Positions 61,864 to 64,000 of a stretch of DNA of 64,000 bases are shown here, one piece after another. Within the stretch, counting starts at the first letter, position 1. The number at the start of each line of letters is the position of its first letter. Origin of the DNA: a bacterium (GTDB lineage Bacteria; UBA8248; JACPRG01; G963555815); NCBI GenBank assembly GCA_965261595.1, contig CBDHDG010000004.1:480001-544000 (forward strand), in the 5' to 3' direction. Both the position numbers and the translations under genes were made by a program. The notes beneath the pieces were generated by a model. The model was not told the DNA's origin. It worked only from the letters and a program-made list of their open reading frames with translations, and did no database searches.

Positions 61864-62781
61864 TCATGCGGCCTCCGCAACTTGAGCGAGTTTTTCCTGC
61901 CTTGCCTGGGCCGGCGTTCGGTAGCCGTAGCCCTCGAGAATCCAATGATGGTTGTACAGGTTCTTGAACTCAAGCAGCGCCCACCGCAGTTCCTCTACGG
62001 TGGCGAAAGAGCGCACCCACAGGAGATTCTCCTTCAAGATGCGGATAAACCACTCACAGTAGCCATTTCCCTCGGGCGCCCGCACGAAGCTGGGCGAACT
62101 GGTCATGCCCAGGTAGGCGATCTCCCGCTGAAAGTCATCGGACAGATAGGCGGGGCCGTGGTCGTGACGAACTTTAAGCCCCTCGGCGACATCCGCCTCC
62201 AAGCCGGCGAAGCGCTCGGCGACCCCCTGCCGGATCGGCTCCAGGGCCTCGAAGCGGTTGCCGCTCTTGGCCGCATGGATCCCCACGCAGTCCACCGAGC
62301 AGTGATCCACCGCCACGAACACCGAGGCCATCCCCTCCTCGGTGGTCACCGTCGTCGTCATGTGCGTGCCCCACATTCGGTCGGGCCGCTCGGTGCGGAT
62401 GGTCCCGTTGTGGGCCTTGGGACCTCGGGGTTTGCCCACCCGGTGGGGGGCCTGAAGCCCCGCCTCCCGCATCAGGCGACGCACCCGCTCCTTGCTGGTG
62501 CGGATGCCCGCGAAGCGCAGCCTCGCCCACACCTTGCGGTAGCCCTCGCCATGGAAGGGAGAGTCCTCCAGGACCTGCCGGATGTGGCCGAGGAGTTCCG
62601 CATCGGTGCACGGGCCCACAGGGCCGCGCTTATTGGGCGTGGGGCGTTCATGAACGGGGACCGCCTCTCGCCGCCGTTGCGCGTAGACCGTGGAGCGCGC
62701 CAAGCCCCAAAGGGCGCACACCCGCTTCAGGCCGTAGGCTCTGCCCGTGGAGGTGAAGCGGGCCTGACTCATCGCCTCCAC
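61864..62781 (-). CDS. IS3 transposase OrfB with first catalytic Asp changed to His
   Basis: WGTHMT versus WGTDMT in the other four copies. Confidence 0.88.
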   Translation of the reverse strand: MEAMSQARFTSTGRAYGLKRVCALWGLARSTVYAQRRREAVPVHERPTPNKRGPVGPCTDAELLGHIRQVLEDSPFHGEGYRKVWARLRFAGIRTSKERVRRLMREAGLQAPHRVGKPRGPKAHNGTIRTERPDRMWGTHMTTTVTTEEGMASVFVAVDHCSVDCVGIHAAKSGNRFEALEPIRQGVAERFAGLEADVAEGLKVRHDHGPAYLSDDFQREIAYLGMTSSPSFVRAPEGNGYCEWFIRILKENLLWVRSFATVEELRWALLEFKNLYNHHWILEGYGYRTPAQARQEKLAQVAEAA

Positions 62782-63155
62782 CTCCTGCCGGCTAAAGGGC
62801 GGCCGGCCTCCAGGCGGTCGATCTTCTCCCGCAGGACCTCGCCCTCCATCGTGAGTTCGCCCACCTTGGCCTTGAGCCGGGCGTTCTCCTCGTCCCGCTC
62901 ATCCGCCGGGCGGGCTTTGAGCGCCGCCTCGCCCCCGCGAAGGAACGCCTCGCGCCAGGCGGAAAGCCGAGCCGCTGTCGTGCCCAACTCGCGGCAGAGC
63001 GTCTCCAGGCTCTCGCCCCGCAAAAGACGCAGGACCGCCTCCCGCTTGCGCTGGCAGGAGAACCGACCCCGCTCACTGCGATGCCCTGGGGCCTTGGCTC
63101 CGTTCGCCCTGCGGGCGCCCTCCGCCAAAGCCCCCTCTTGCTTTTGTTCGTTCAT
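62769..63155 (-). CDS. IS3 transposase OrfA
   Basis: Protein identical to copy 1. Confidence 0.9.
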   Translation of the reverse strand: MNEQKQEGALAEGARRANGAKAPGHRSERGRFSCQRKREAVLRLLRGESLETLCRELGTTAARLSAWREAFLRGGEAALKARPADERDEENARLKAKVGELTMEGEVLREKIDRLEAGRPLAGRRWRR

Positions 63156-63408
63156 CGCGACACCCCTTTCTCCATGAATCATGGATCAATCGAGTGTCCA
63201 ACAAAACCCTAGAGCGGGGGAGATCTCTTTATTCCGTTGGCTCGTTGGTTTTGTTTTTCCGGAAATTGACAGAAAACCATTTGCAATTTCAATCTTTCGG
63301 CCCGAATTCGCCGTAAAAGCGTTTAGCTACCTTGTGTTGATCATCCTGCTTTCCGCTTGTGGGGGCGCCCTTATCTCAGGACGTTCCGTGACGAATCAGA
63401 TGCCCGGA

Positions 63409-63890
63409 CGTTCGTGCACGCGGATGCGCTCCAATCAGTTGCGGCTCTACCTGTCGGCGGTGGCCTATGAACTGATGCATGCGTTGCGTCGGCTAGGCCT
63501 TTGGGGGACGGCGTTTGCAAAGGCAACGTGTGGAACGGTGCGGACGCGGCTGCTGAAGATCGGGGCGCAGGTTCGGGTGAGCGTGCGGCGGGTGCACGTG
63601 GCCCTTGCGACGGGTTATCCGTACATGAATGTGTTCTTCCACGCCTGGCGGAACCTGCGCGCGGGGCCGGAGGGAGAGCCCGCCGTCTAAGACAGATTGC
63701 AAAATGAACGCGCAGGGAGTCGAGGCAAACGTGCGTGCGGAGCCGAGCCAAATCGGCCAAAAAGCCCCTCTCACGGGTCAACTCCAACCACCCACCGGCC
63801 CTGGTTCCACCGTAAAAGCGACAGACAGGAAAAAACACTCCAATTCACACCCGATAATCCATCCGCCGAGTGGGGGGTGAGAAATGCGGG
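63409..63890 (+). mobile_element. IS1380-family remnant (transposase C-terminus to 63690 and right end)
   Basis: SNQLRLYLSAVAYELMHALRR...T.RTRLLKIGA.V.VSVRRV...L; terminal GTGAGAAATGCGGG. Confidence 0.78.
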
Positions 63891-64000
63891 CTAACCCTTT
63901 CATCTTTTTCCGCGAATTCTGGAATGTGGGACAGCTCGAATGTTTGGCGTCACGGACACCGAAACGCGGGCCAGCCGGGCGCCCCTACCTCGCCAGCCAG

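Larger units (their letters stand above)
61818..63221 (-). mobile_element. IS3-family copy 5 (mismatched flanks GTAC/GATC)
   Basis: Same 1404-bp element; no direct repeat at its ends. Confidence 0.95.

Overview
GC-rich bacterial chromosomal window with two overlapping themes. (1) Catabolic and redox genes: class III/IV aminotransferases, three SDRs, a hydantoinase/oxoprolinase A+B pair, an HD-GYP protein, GntR, a dihydroxyphthalate-decarboxylase-like protein, nitrilase, cupin, an orphan xanthine-dehydrogenase-family Mo subunit, a Rieske oxygenase, two Zn-ADHs, EtfBA, an acyl-CoA dehydrogenase, a FadF/HdrD-like Fe-S protein, a decayed PFOR plus a DHODH-like gene, LpdA and a GDP-sugar reductase. 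(2) Recent mobile-element activity and gene decay: five near-identical 1404-bp IS3-family copies (4-bp TSDs, asymmetric TC/CA tips, C-CCT-TTA frameshift site), two of them nested in the cargo genes of a 4.96-kb IS1595-family transporter element (24-bp TIRs, 8-bp TSD) that itself splits a host gene. There are also two IS1380 remnants, a P4-type integrase island at tRNA-Ala(CGC) cut by an IS copy with mismatched flanks, GTAG-type REPs and at least seven pseudogenes. The least-explained signal is a ~6-kb accessory block (38.8-44.9 kb) whose gene junctions carry a recurring GGGGTC...CAxxCyAACA motif, possibly a repeat-delimited gene-cassette array. No CRISPR array, rRNA or reverse transcriptase was seen. 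All family assignments come from motifs read by eye, not database searches.
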